From Phoronis australis (Eukaryota > Animalia > Phoronida), in assembly GCA_002633005.1 (NCBI GenBank), contig NMRA01000008.1:812985-876984 (forward strand): a stretch of DNA of 64,000 nucleotides, in the 5' to 3' direction. Both the position numbers and the translations under genes were made by a program. Numbering within the stretch: the first letter of the stretch is position 1; each line of letters begins with the position of its first letter. This document shows positions 24,148 through 38,100 of this stretch, one piece after another. The notes below the pieces were generated by a model. It saw only the letters and a program-made list of their open reading frames with translations, ran no database searches and was not told the origin of the DNA.

Positions 24148-27100
24148 TCGAGAATACTATAACTTACAGATATAACAACAGGCTCATCTTCAACAGAGTA
24201 TCCCTTCCAACAACACAGACTGGTTGCATTAAAATCAATATTCAGAGAATTAACAATTTGCTTAGCCCTCTTCTAATATTGACAAAAGCAAGGAATGACA
24301 TTGCCGAATGTACGAATAAAGTATATTACTTTTTTCCTCAAACCTTAAAACGTCGATTTATTTGTATTTAAGTCTTGTTAAGACCTGTTCGCACTAGCAA
24401 TTCATCTACAACACAACGGCAACTGTCTACAACTGCTCTTCGTTGCGAGGAGCAGTTACTAAGGTATTGCTGTCACCATTATGTGTCACGTTGATGATGG
24501 CATATGTGAAATACGAAGCTGTATCGACACAGTACACACTGCTTATCGTTCATGATCGAGTGCATTTGATTATTGATACGCTTGCTTCAGTCAATTAGTT
24601 CTTGTCGCAAGGGTGTTCGCACTATGTCACGACTAATTGCTCTGACTTGACCTGCAAGCTGCAGCAACTTCCCTCGCTCAAAGACTGGCCGACACCACAG
24701 CAACTTCGACATGGTGTGCGAAGGAGTGCCGTTCGATGGCAATGCATTAGGACAAATTGGTAAATGCAGACAAGTCTATACTGTCCTGTATTGTCTTCAT
24801 TTTATCATTATCCTTGCCTATCAGTATATCATTACTTATGTTACTCATTAACCTTGATAAAACACCCACAAAAAAGATAAAGTTAAAGTCTAACACCTAC
24901 ACAGGGGAGACAGATCTATAAAATCATACATCAACTACCGCCATCCTTCCTCAGCACCACCAATAAAAAGACAAGAAAACGTAACAACAGAATAACAAGT
25001 GACTTGTTCTCCTCTTAGGACAGAGCCGTTATCATTTGCGGAGTATCACACATGTAACTGAAGGTTGTATCCAAAAAAGTAAAGCCCTGACATAAAGGCC
25101 ATCAGGTTATCATGAGCTGTCTAAAACACACATCAAAAACCTTTTTTACATGGCACGAAGGAGTAATCACAGCGCTAGATGCTGTACGGCACGTAGGAGT
25201 TATCACAGCCCTGGATGCTGTACTATAGTACCATTTAGACCACATTGCATCGCAAGTTTGCGTCAGCATGAGTCATTAACACCAGGACTGTCTGCAAGTG
25301 CTATAGGCCATAGTCCTAGCTCTCCTATCTTTCACCTTCGTGGTTACTTTTGAGGGGCAATGGGAACTTTGCAGTAAACCCATCTACAGATGTTCAAAAG
25401 TCAATTTCAAAAAAGTTTCCAAGAATACACTACCACATTTAGTAATAATTTTAATTTAAAAGTTGGAAAAAATTAGCCAAAACTAATATGTTAGCCACTA
25501 GGTGTCAGTGCAAAATGATCAGAACAGCCAATCAAATGACAGGAAAATATTGCGTCCCTATCTTTCCCATTTCCAAGTTGTCTGCTTCAAGAAAGCATTT
25601 GTCAGAGGACAGCCAACTGATGTTATCCTGTTGGCTTGGCTTACTTATTTACAGCTACTGTCTACAATGAAATGTGTTAATTCTTGGATGGGTAAGCAAG
25701 GGTCAAGGCTCATTAACCAGCAGTCAGTAGATTGGAATTGAGGAAAGTCGAGACAAGTGGCAAGTGTCATCATATCATATACATACAATTCTTGGCATGT
25801 TCCTGAATCATTTTGTGCTTCTGCAAACAGCAGTTTTGGGCCAGCTAGGAAGGACACTGCTGAAAACATGAATTATTGAATGAGTGTGCAACTTCACAAG
25901 AGACTGGCAAGATTGTCTGCTCCTTGTTGCATTCATGTCGGATTCTGCTCAAAATTCTGAGCTCCAGGAATTTTCAGATATTATGTGGTCTAAGGCTACT
26001 GCAAACAAATGGATCAACAATGAGTGCAAGAAAAGTATTATTGCTTGGAAGTTTTTAAGTTTTTGTGAAAAAACAGAGCTATTCTATCACAATCAGTATC
26101 ACATACACTTAATGAATGTATCAAAAATCAAATCAGCTCTTAAAAAAGAAAAAGACCAAACTGATGAGGGAAACGATATTGAACTACTAGAAAATTAAAG
26201 AGATTCTCACTGTCAGTTCTAGTTAACAGTTCTCAAAGAAAGGTATAGGTATTGTCACCACAATGTATCATTTGCCACAAATCAAAGTCCATCACAGAGA
26301 ACTTCACAAACAAAAGAAAACTTGAAAAGCTATCCCATTTCCAAACATTCACTTGTAAATAGGCCTACCTTAATTCTTAATTCGAAAAAAACATCATTTA
26401 TGGTAAAAAATCTTTAGTTTAGGACAGAGAAAAAAGAATTAGTTTGTTTGATAAATTTACATTATTAGCCGTACCAATCTCAAAGATACTGGCTGTAGTT
26501 TTTACCTGCATGTGAGTGATCAGCTCTGCTCTTTATAAACTTCCAATCCTATTTTCTGACCCTTTTGTGCAAAAATGAGCTGTGTTTGGACTTTGAGAAA
26601 TATAAAAATGCAAATATTGCCCGTGTTCTTAATTTATTATCTTGAAAATTCACATGTTGCTCAGATTTCAGAGTCACATTTTGGAGATTCTTGAATTGGA
26701 GAATTTTAAGTGTAGGAAAATTTTTACTCTTCCAATTATGAGCTATCTATAACAGAAAGCCTCAAAAGAAATTGGGTTCTACGGTAAATAAGACGCTTTT
26801 CAATTCCACACAAAAACTATTGCCAAAATGACCATTCCTCAGTTTTCAAAGGTTGAACTTACGGCATTAAGGATAATAGAAAATTTTCTATGTCTTAAAT
26901 TGGCAACTCTCCAGTGCAATCAATGCTAGTAATGTTGCTCATTTCTCTCAATGTTTACTTTCGCTGAGTACTTGACAAAATAAAATTTCACTTGTTGGCC
27001 ATGCTGTGCTAAAGTGAAGAGCATTTTGGTTTTCTGTTTTAGTAAAAAAGATTACTGTCACAAGACTGATGTGTTTAGATGAAACGCTATTCAGGTTGGC

Positions 27101-27210
27101 AAAAAATTTTATTCCGGGTAGGCTGCAGGCTTGCAGAGATATTTCTTAAACTTTGTCATTAAAATTGGGCTCAACATCATTTTGCGTTTCCTTGTCAACT
27201 CATGTAAGAC

Positions 27211-27623
27211 ATTGAACAGTTTGTATGCAAGCTGTACGGGGACTCATCATCAACAGTTAACAAAGCACGCTACCACATATTCAGGTTGAAATCTATGATG
27301 GAATCATCTCTGTCTCCAAACCATTATTGTTTGCTGTTACATGCCAAAACAGCAAACTACCAGTGTGCCATTCACAAACGAGCCTTGCAACAGCATGTCA
27401 GTGCACCATCCCCAGTTGGTAATGCGGGTGACTTTTGGAGTAGGGTAGTCTGAATTTCCACTGGATGACTCTGCCTTTAGCCCCAGAAAATGTCATGAAA
27501 AATGTTAATTGCAAATGTAAAAAGAGTACAAAAGTGTGCTCTTGTTTGAAGTCGGGCATGCCATGTTCAAAGTTGTGTGATTGTCGAGACTGGGAACACG
27601 GTGTCTCAAGAAACAACTTTTGA
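27211..27623 (+). pseudogene. Frameshifted remnant of a transposon-associated large ORF with a C-terminal CXC-like cysteine cluster
   Basis: IEQFVCKLYGDSSSTVNKARYHIF...SLSPNHYCLLLHAKTANYQCAIHKRAL...APSPVG, then a frameshift, then HWMTLPLAPENVMKNVNCKCKKSTKVCSCLKSGMPCSKLCDC. This motif order is typical of widespread invertebrate repeat-borne proteins annotated as Tesmin/TSO1-like CXC. Confidence 0.7.
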
Positions 27624-28849
27624 TGACATTAACGGTGAATACAAACAATGGAGTGGATGAACAAACATAAAAAGTATGTGCTATGTTGTTAAAAATCTTT
27701 AAATTTGTAGCCTAATGGAAAATATTTACATTTTATCATGCTCGTGGATGTCAAGACTGAATGGTGTTCAGTATGGTTCCCTATGACAGTTGACTATGAA
27801 CTGCAATGTGGATAAAGATAATTAATTGTGACAATTAATGAAAGTGATGACAGTGAATTCATTGCAGAAACGTTGGAACTGTATTGTTCATATGTAGGTT
27901 GTGACATCAAATCTTTATCAAGTTCCAAATGGTTAACACTACTATTGTTCTTCTTGAATATAGTAGTGTTTCCTGGCCAACCGGAGGCGCTGCTAAAATT
28001 TTTCTATTTGTCTTTTTTGAGTAATTTTCCACCTAATGTCCTAATATTTATCACTTTCCTTGTCCATTAAATTCAAATGAACAAAACCCAATCAAATAAT
28101 CATTCAGTTTGTGTCTAGTGTTGTTGGTTTCTGAAGATTGGTTTTCTGTGTCAAATTTTGCAAAAAGTCAGATTTTTAGGTCAAATTTCTTGAAAACGTG
28201 CAAGTCAAACATTAGGAACTTCGTGTAAATGCAGCAAAAGTGGTGGCCTCAGTTTATAAAGGTCATGCAAACATTGTAATGGTGGTGTGGTTTAGTAAAG
28301 TGGGTCTTTAACAAGAATAGAAAATAACTGAAACAAATCGCTTTAATTTCCAATTTTATTTAAATTGGGATTTTGCTCTTGATAACTATCTGCTTTTATG
28401 TTGAATTCTTCGAGGGACATTATCGGTTTTGCGACTAAAGAATGCATTTTTGAAATTGTTGGAATTTTGGGATAGACTTTTTGAAGATAATAGCTTTGAG
28501 CAGAGTTCTAAAACAATGAAATCCGTTGCGGGATTTACCTGCTGCTGCAGCAGTCAGTGTTACGCCGCATTTACACGAGAGACAGTTGACCCGGCACAGC
28601 TGTCAGAACAGCTGCTCCAGTGCACAAACACAACTGACACGGAGCGAGAGCGAGTGACACCACGGTGGTCAGTTTTTGACACCAGTTTGACAGGTAGAGC
28701 GAGTTACACTTGACTAAACTGGGGCAGGGCGGAAATGGATGATTTTTCAATGTGCTTGCTTGTGCAATAGTGTGTACTAGTGGCATTCCACGTGGCTTGG
28801 AAATTCACTATTGTTTATGCGAACATGCGCAGTCTCGGTGTAAGTGACT

Positions 28850-28995
28850 CATGCTGTTCCAGTTTGAGGAGTAAAACGGCTTTAGACTGCCACCATGAGG
28901 GTTGCAGGTTTGACTCCGCGCTGAAGTTGATTTCAGAAAATCCCTTTTCTCACCTATAATGACCTCTTAACAAAGACGCTTAGGGGTTTAAAATG
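28850..28995 (+). mobile_element. Degenerate tRNA-derived SINE
   Basis: ttagactgccaccatgagggttgcaggtttgactcc resembles a tRNA anticodon/T-arm with a B box; the downstream tail is not tRNA-like. Confidence 0.45.
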
Positions 28996-29579
28996 TTGTC
29001 ACACTAGTATGGAACTAAATTATTTAAAAATGAGTGGACATCTCAAGTCACAGGAAACGTGACCATGCGCCATTTTTGAATTTGAAACTTTAGGGTTGGC
29101 AAACCCCAGTAAAATTTAAACTATTTTTGTGAGTTGCCCATTAGATTTTCTTGTGGGTAATGAAAGTGCTATCAGAGCAAGGAATATAACAAAACCAATT
29201 TTATAAGCTTGTGACTTGATTTTTGGCATATAGTGAGGAAATGCAGTTTAGGATAGAATGGCGAATTAAAATTTAACAGTTGGGGACACTCTGCACTAAG
29301 AAGTCTTAAAATAGCTTTAAACCTGCATTTCACCCCAAAACAACTTTTTCCCACAGCATCACATGAATTTTTGGAAGATTTTAACACAGTTTTAAGCTCG
29401 TGCACAAAGTATTGGAGTGCAAGTTACAAACAGACTTACCCGAGGCCACTAATGTCGCTTTTCAAAATGTCACAAACTCCGGTCTATGCAGTAACAGTCA
29501 CACTCCCCATAACTTTCCCATTGACTGGTGACATGGAAGTCATACTTAATAAAAATAGTGATTGCTCACAGCCAGAGTG

Positions 29580-29950
29580 AAGTTCACGGAGTTGCAGTCA
29601 GTATGAACAATTAACTTCGGTCCTGGATGGAAGTTAAGAGTGCCAGTTGACTTCGCAGTAAACAGGTGAAGATGCCATGGTGCAGTAGGAATGGTCAACT
29701 TTGGACTCATTGAAGTTATCACAAGGGGTCATTGCTATTGTCAAGAATTAAAGGACAGTGTCGTTACTAGTAGTTGCTTATATTTTGCTTGAATAGTCAC
29801 CAATCGAATTAGAAATAAGTTCTATGTCAATTAACTCACGTACATGCTCTCAAACTGTCACATTAAAAAAATCTTAGCATGCTCGCGATACACCAGTGCT
29901 ACCTCCTGTTTACTTTGATGGCGTTAACTACAAAAGCTGGTATGAACAAT
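29580..29950 (-). mobile_element. Partial inverted copy of the MITE family at 39715-40223
   Basis: gttgcagtcagtatgaac...ttaact.cggtcctggat and tagttgcttatattttgct...ccaatc.aatt are reverse complements of segments near 40149-40188 and 39942-40010. Confidence 0.7.
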
Positions 29951-30819
29951 TCCAATTAGATAGAGCAGATCTCAGCAAAACAGGGGAGTTGTGGTGCTGG
30001 TGCGAAAACAACATAAGTCTCAACTTGTTTCTTACTCAACTAGGAAGGGATTTCTGAGTTTACAACAAAGAGCAGTCTGTCATTCCTTGAGACCACATAA
30101 AACAACATGCTGCTTCTGATCATTACCTTAGACCCTTAGACCAATAACAAACCACCAGTTCGGGGGGGGGGGGGGNGGGGGGGGGGGGGGGTTATGTTTA
30201 TGACTGCTTCAACTGATTCACCAATTCACGAGGGACTACAGTAAAAATTCTCCAATTTGAGACAGTCTCTAAATTTGTGACTCTGAAAGTATCCGTGGAA
30301 AAATGGATTTTCTTGATTTTATTATAATTTGGGACAACGGCGATTTTGGCGTTCACCACATTTCTCAACTTTCGGACCATTTGTTTTCAATATACAGAGT
30401 AGGTAACTTTTCCGCCTTTTCGGCATTTCTTGAATTTGGGACAGCCAATATTGCTTATTTCTAGAATTAGGGACATTAGCTCTGACCTCGAGCAAAATAA
30501 TTATTTTTTCACTGTCCCAAACTTTTGCCATATTTTAGCTTCAATCCACTTGTGGACAACACCTGCAACAAATACTCAGAGAACTATTGAGGAACTGGCA
30601 TGGGAAAGAGTGCTTTGATCTTTACAGCCCGTGAACCTGATAGATCAATGATGTAGTCTGGCGTGGCGGCTGGAGTTATAATCATACAGTAGATTTATAA
30701 AGGGTGTCTTCAATGCTCTTAATTACATTGAAATAGCAATCAATTGGCTGGCATTGATCTGACATGGGATACCTGCAGCAGTAATAGTGGTCACAAATGA
30801 AGAAATCCCTGTTCTATTA

Positions 30820-32177
30820 CCGTAATCGTTCGGGTAAACGCCCTGGGCGGTTAAATTGGCGAACCCAAAAAATCGGGGGTGGGCGGTTAACCAGACATGG
30901 GCGCTTAAACGTGAAATTTCAAGAAATCGGGGGGGGGGGGGGTTAACTGAACATGGGCGCTTATTACGACAGGCAACCGCCCTGGGCGGTTAATCTTACC
31001 TTATGATCTGAGTCACCACACGTACTAAGCCACATACTGGGATCGCCTAACACTTTGAAAAGAACTTTATCGCCACCAAGTGCGTACTCTGCGCACTCTA
31101 ATTAACAAATAGTTTCGAAAATGTAGAGTGTGGTCAAACTCCGAACGCTTGCATAGAAAGTTTGCTGCATAATATGGCGCCTCAGGTGAGACCGATTATT
31201 GCGAATTATGCTCATTATTTCACTATACTTCGCAGACGTTGAACATGTTCACCTGCGTAGCAGACGGTAGCTGTGCTGTCGTTTTAACCCAGTTGTGGTC
31301 ACGTGCTGACCCATTTTTCCTGTTTGATCAGTGCACTCCCATAATAAACAACTTAACTGACGGTCACGTAGACAAGGACTACCAGCAGTTCCGAATTTCA
31401 GTTCAAAATTATTTCGAGATAACAGAATGTACTCCTGGTCTGAATGGTCAAAAAGCATAAAAATGTATAATCAATCACGAAATCGGGTTCAACTATTCAG
31501 TTGCCATGCACTGTGACGAGAGTACTCGAAAGACGGGGATCTCGATAACCCGGCAATTACACTCACCAAAATATAAAGAATTTATCAACTTTTCGCGGTT
31601 TATGGGAATTCTTCAAAATCCCGAGAGCTTACAACCTAAAGCGCATTGAGAGGGTTGGCAAAACCAATGTCACATTTCTCTGACCTGGTTATTTCGAATG
31701 CATCTTTTATATAGTGCACTGTAGTCGATAACTCAGTGCGGCAGAGATTGTGGCTGAAAGTGGAGGTGTAGACGCCAGCGCGGTTCCTAAAGTTTGCGAA
31801 CATGAGAAGAAAAGAAAGTGACAAAGTGTTCAAGTATTACATTTTGAAGTTAATCGATGACCCGTTACAATAATTTGTTACTGGTATCATAATTCACATT
31901 GCTAAACCGCGGTCTCTGAGGCCGTTATTGCACTCAATGTTATCATCGATCTTAATCTAAAAGATCGGGGATTCGCGTTTCCTATTAGCACAGGGCGGTA
32001 ATCACCAATCGTCAAAAGTAGGGGATGGGCGCTTAACCGAGAAGTGGGCGCTTAATTGGAAATCTTCAAAAATAGCAGGGGGGCGGTTAACCGAGCAGTG
32101 GGCGGTTAAATCGAAAATCCACCTAAAGTAGGGGTGGGCGGTTAACTGAGCATGGGCGTTAACCCGAACGATTACGG
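30820..32177. mobile_element. TA-flanked TIR element, copy 2 (internal deletion derivative)
   Basis: Same TIRs and interior as 19345-21072 in the same orientation, but lacking about 373 bp (copy-1 20037-20409); TA on both sides. Confidence 0.92.
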
Positions 32178-35100
32178 TATCAGCTGGTTTCTAATCACCT
32201 TAGTCAATTCAACATGAATGAGTAATGAACCTTCATCCACTGATTACATCCAGGATACTTAAGCCAGTGTTTAAGGAGGGTATAAACACTGAATTTTAAA
32301 TTTTTGTACAAAAACAGTAAGTTAAATAAGAATGTGGAAAAATGATAAGTTATGTAGGATCTTGTCCACAAGTCTGTCTTTTAAGCTAGATATCTACAAA
32401 GCCATGTCTTTTTAATAAAGTTTATAAAAAAGAAAAATACTTTCATAACAAAACAACAATTTTCGTTAGATATAAGTACTCAAGATGAAATCTAAAAATA
32501 CTGTTACAGTTTTCTACATTGTAATTTCATCCTCACTTTACGCACCTTTTGAACTTTTACATAAAAACCATAACAGTCTTTTTTATAGACTCTCCAAAAG
32601 TCCAAATGCAATCTAGCACAACTTCCAGACCACCACATGCAAAATGTCCCTTGATGAAAAGGAACAAACCACGTATGGTTGCCGAATTCATTATGCACCT
32701 ACTTCAATATCCAGGGTGCCAACATGATTATACTGTTTTCAGACAACCATAACACTCAATGGAGACAATACTCCAAGGACTAAATGCTCATCTGAGAAAA
32801 CATCTGACAGGGTATAAACAATTCACTTGACAACACATTCCCAAGAGAGATGATTTAATATTTGCCTGGCATAAATATGTATAGAAAACCAACATGACTG
32901 TTTTCACCCTCGGATGCCCTTTATAGTATGAGATCAACAAGATGTAAATTTTGTTGCATTCCCATTAGGGGAACGCCGACCAATGGCAATTCCACCACAC
33001 CTGCCTTTGTCTTTCTGACTAATTTCTCCATGGCAGCGATTAAACACCAGACGGGGTAATTGAGTGCACTCTCAATTTAACATCTGTCTTGCATGTCATG
33101 ACCTTTAGTGATTACTCCCGAGCAGGGGTTCATCCAGGATTTCGAAAATAGGGGATCCAAAACGGGTTTCCCAGTTTCTTATGGCATCCATAGTCAATGA
33201 CGCATGACTGCATTATATTACTGGGAAGTCAACTTGGTGTTCTAAAAGGTCTTTCACACTGACTCCAAAGCTTCAGTGTTCAACAAAAGATTGGGTCAAA
33301 GGGAACACTTAACTTCAGTCTTAAACTGAAGTTAACAGCGCCAGTTAACTCCGGAGTAAAAAAGGGGATGTCTTGTTACAATGGGAACACGTAACTTCCA
33401 TGGAGTTATCTATTTTAGTCAATTAGAATTTTATTAGGTTTGTTAATTGAAAACTTTGGCAAACATTTAATCGAATTCTACTTCTCTGCCACATTGTGCA
33501 TTAAAGCGAAAATGTAATATATTTGCAACAATACCTAGGTACCTGTAACCATTAGCATCACCTGTACACACCTGCCTTGAGGCAATAATACCCAAGCACA
33601 CATGCTTATGGAACATTTCCACATCATTGATATGCTCATTAAGCATGTAGCAGGAGAGAATCTGTATTTTCTTGGCTAAAAGCCAACCATAGGAATCACT
33701 GTGCTAATTACAAACATAGCTACTTTCCTATTTAAGACAAGAAAATATGAATACCGTGAAAAGAAGACCAATTCAAAGGGTTGAATAGCGCACCCACAAC
33801 TGCACTGCAAACACTTCTAGGGATGTTAATTGGTTTCATGTACCCGGTAAAACAAGTAATGAAAGTGCCCTGACTGAAGGACACCAGGCGAAATCAACTG
33901 AATCAGGGAGCTTAAAAGTGATGGCGAAGTCAATGACTTCTCAGATGACACTGGCCAGGTCACCAGTGATGGTGCAAAGAACGACCTCGGCATCTCTACT
34001 GACACTGTCAACAACATCGACCAACAAAAGAGCAGTGAGAGATCGGTCAGTAAATCTTGAATATCTTGAGAACAAAGTCAGGGCAAAAAAGGGAAGGCAG
34101 ACTACACTTTGCGCTTGACGAGATAGATCCTCAAACCAAATTTGAGAAAGATCTGTCAAGACACGATGGAGATATGGCACTGAGAAAAGAAACCATGAAA
34201 GAGATGTTATCAGAAAATCTTGAATAGGTCGAGAACATCCAGCTTTGGTAAAACAAATCTCATACTTTAGTTCTTGATGAGAATAATCTTCATACTAGTA
34301 CTTAACTTGAGAAGAATCTCATTAAGGATCAGGGAGCTCTACCTTCACCAATGAGAAATAGAGAAATAACTGTCACAAAACTGGCATGATTTCGCTCAAA
34401 TATCTTAGCGTACAGCGATACTTGTTTTGCATTAATTTCATGTCAATTGACTGAAGAATGGCACCTGTAGCAGACGTACAAAAAACCCACATCTTTAATG
34501 GAGAGGAACTTCGTAGATATAGGGGTTGTTACGGAGTTTGGCCCCTTCCGAAAATCAACATCAAACACGCTCTTCCCAATAGGAACACAGTTTCATGGTC
34601 TCAGGATATCTTTTTCTCCCTTACAATGTCCATTCAACGCAGTGTTCATATTCTGAGAAATATGATGAAAGTGCCCGAGTCTCATTTTTCAAAATAAAAA
34701 ATCAATCTCAGGGGTAGAAACTAACTGTACAAGAACTGTTAGGACATACAAACCCCCTAACCAGGGTACCGATACTTAGGCACTCATACACCAGAAACTG
34801 ATTAGTGAAATGACCAAAAAAACACCTATAAACCAGATCACACACGTCCAGCCATTTGCACTGATACCTAAGTTTGGGTAGATTTTAAGTAATCGTGTTT
34901 TCTCTGAGCTTCTGCAGTGCATGTTATTCCATAAGGGTGCATGCTCGGAGCACTCCCCCTTCCACCCCCCCCCCCCTCCTTCCCCCCTTGTTAATGTCGG
35001 CTCCTACATCTAAGCATATTTCTTGAACACAGACCATGCAGGTCGAAGGTCGAGTCACTGAAGTGTTGCTATTAGCCTATGACAACTACATCAGTAACAA

Positions 35101-38100
35101 AAGGGTAATTTGTTATAGTAACAGAGTGACCATTGATTCCCAATAACTCCTTCTGCTACAAGTGAAATCAACAACCAGTTAATGACATCACAGCTTCATA
35201 AGGTTGAAAGCACCTTTTGTCACTTAACAATAACGAGTTTGTCAATAACACAACATGGACCCCATTAGCAATCATAGCATGAATAGCCAACAAAATTGTG
35301 AAGATTTGATTTTTTAATTACTGGGTATAAGTCTTTATCTAGTTTTGACCTGACTGTTCACTTGAAGGGACGAAGTTAAAAACCATATACAATTCTACTA
35401 CAACAAATACACAAAACAAACACTATCGAGATAGAAAAAGCTAAACTCACCAAATTATGTGTAAGAACACAATGTGCACATCAGAAAAGTCAGCAAAATG
35501 TATTTACCTGTAGTTTCATAAGCAAGTAACTACCATGGTGACCTCTGATTCCTTTGCACTAAATATATTTCTGAATACCAGTGCCACTGAAATGTCGTAT
35601 GTTTGAACTTTTGAAATAGCTCAAACTTTCACAATCCATATCGCATCACACAGTATGTGAAACGGTACACAAGTCAATTTCTAAAAAACAAAGGACAGGC
35701 ACAACAGACTGCCGAAAAAGTGTACTCTTGACAACTTCGTCAAACGAGTTACGTTTTAGAAAAGAAGCGCATGTGAAATGGCGAATGGTAACCAAACGGA
35801 TACTCCAGGCGGCTAAAAGATTATGGTGACAGCAATATCAGCCTAGTCACACCTCGGCAAAGTCTGTGCAATAACATAGTACTATAATATGGATTACAAT
35901 TGAAAACCATAAATACAAATGTATGCTGAACAACATCGTAAAATGCAATATGGTTAGAAATGAATTGAAAATAATGGAAGGACATGTACATATGAACAGA
36001 GAGTTTCACAATTACATATGTAAGACTGACTAAGGAATGAATACCGGTATATTGTATACGCTTTACGATAGAGAAATTTCATATCAGTTCACTCATGTAT
36101 AAAATTGGGTTGCTTAAGATGAACACTGTTTCTCACAAAGATATCTGCCAATTTAATAAAATTTTAAAAAATAATTCTCCCACAAATTTTCTCACTCTCC
36201 TCTCTCCCAATTCTCTCAACCTGACTTCCTTCCCGTTTAATAATTTCTAAACTTAATAAATTTTTCAAAAAAATAAATAAGGTAACCACAGTGTACTACT
36301 TATAACATTTTAATGGATAAAAGACCACATCAAAGAAATTATTACAATCAATGCAAAAACTGATAATAAAAAATGCTGGGTTTCCATGGAATACAGTCTA
36401 TATGTGAGAGACAGTGAAATTAGTATCCAACCTCCAGTACTCCACAAACTTTAAGGTAATTTGAATTTTAATTACCATCAAGCTAATAATTTACAATCAG
36501 TTCTGAACAGCTCCCTCGTAACATCAAGGACCTTCTCAACAACACAAGCATAGTTTACCTGACAAAAATCTCGTCACTCTGAAAAGCTTAACCTCATTGA
36601 ATACCACAAGGTTCACTAATGTTGACTGGTTGAGACATAATCTGTGTAGTTGTTTGAACAAACCAAACGATGAGTAAAAAACAAACAAAAGACCGAGTTA
36701 TCATGGGAACACAGGGTCAACAGTGCAGTGTCATCATGCACAGAGATGTCAAAAATCAACACTGAAAAGCTGCGAGACTGGACAACCACAATATTTACAG
36801 TAGTAACACCTGAGCAAAATTAAAAGAGTGCAAATTTATTTTCACGGGCTGAACATATCATTAGGTCATTTTCTAGAGTACAACTATACAACAGTATTTC
36901 AATAATTTGTCTTGTGAAGTAGAAAAAATGGAGGTCTTTTCAAAAGAATGTCTTTTCAAACATATGGCTTAAGATTTTAAACATGGTTCAGGGCTTTTCA
37001 AACATCAGGCTGAAGATTTACAAACATGGTGCAAAACTTTTCAAACATTCAGCAACACTATGCTTGATTTCATGCAGTGAAAGACACTATACCTCCTCAC
37101 AACTGCAATGCACCATTCATTTAAATTTATCCTGCTATTCTGTTGCCTTTCAGGGGTGCTACCCACAAAAGTGCCACACCCATGTATTTTGAAATCGTGG
37201 AAATATTTCAAGAATAAATACACAAGATTCAACATTTTCACCACTACCTTGACCAGGTAGTAAGGCCAAAAGGCAGCCGTGTATAATTCTGCGCATCAAA
37301 TCTGTCACATGAACATCCAACAATGGGACATGAAGTTGCTTGATTTAACAAGTGATTTAATAACTATCAAATGCATTAATATTGCCTGCCAATTTTTGTA
37401 TGCATTTCATTACTCTCCATCCGTTTTCTAATGCTACATAATATTACTTAGCATTGTGGTGTGACAAATCTTGCGAAATACTCAATATTAAGCGGGGTGA
37501 GTTGACATAACGCTTTCCTGGACTTGACAGTCTCTCGCTAGTGTAAAACGGAACTGCTTAGTAACAAAGTGTAATAATCAATATGTTGTCGAGAAAATAA
37601 GGATATGAAATGGCCATTGGAATAATGGCGATGTGTAAGTGGTCTTAACATCAGTTCAATAATGAAGACCACTCATGTACTATACAATCATGTCCACACT
37701 TTAGTTACAACAACATTCCCTACAGCAGCTTGGCTCCTGGTCATCGCTCGTGTCCACACTACCCACCTGACATGACGATATCAGCACTCCACGAATGCCG
37801 AGCTTTGTAAAATGGCTGATGTTTTTTGCACTTCTGATGTTAAGTTTTTGTATGTCTCTGTCTTGTAGTTGTGGGATCAAGAGAGGACGAGCAATATAAA
37901 AATATGTTAATAACTTGACCAGATTTGTTTGATGTGAATGTCCAAGATGAAATCTCAAAACTCTGTTACAGTTTCGAAATTATCACTTCATTTTCGTTTT
38001 ATGCAACTTACGAAATTTTTCATAAAAATCATAAAAGTAGCCTCTCGTGTAAAAGCGGAAGATTTAAAAGCAATCCCTAATGGCATTTGGGGGAACACTA

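Noticed and set aside
24078-24150. Minus-strand donor TAG|gtgagt as the ANKRD55 start exon
   Set aside because: All three frames have stops just upstream of the donor, so it cannot be the coding partner; it might still be non-coding.
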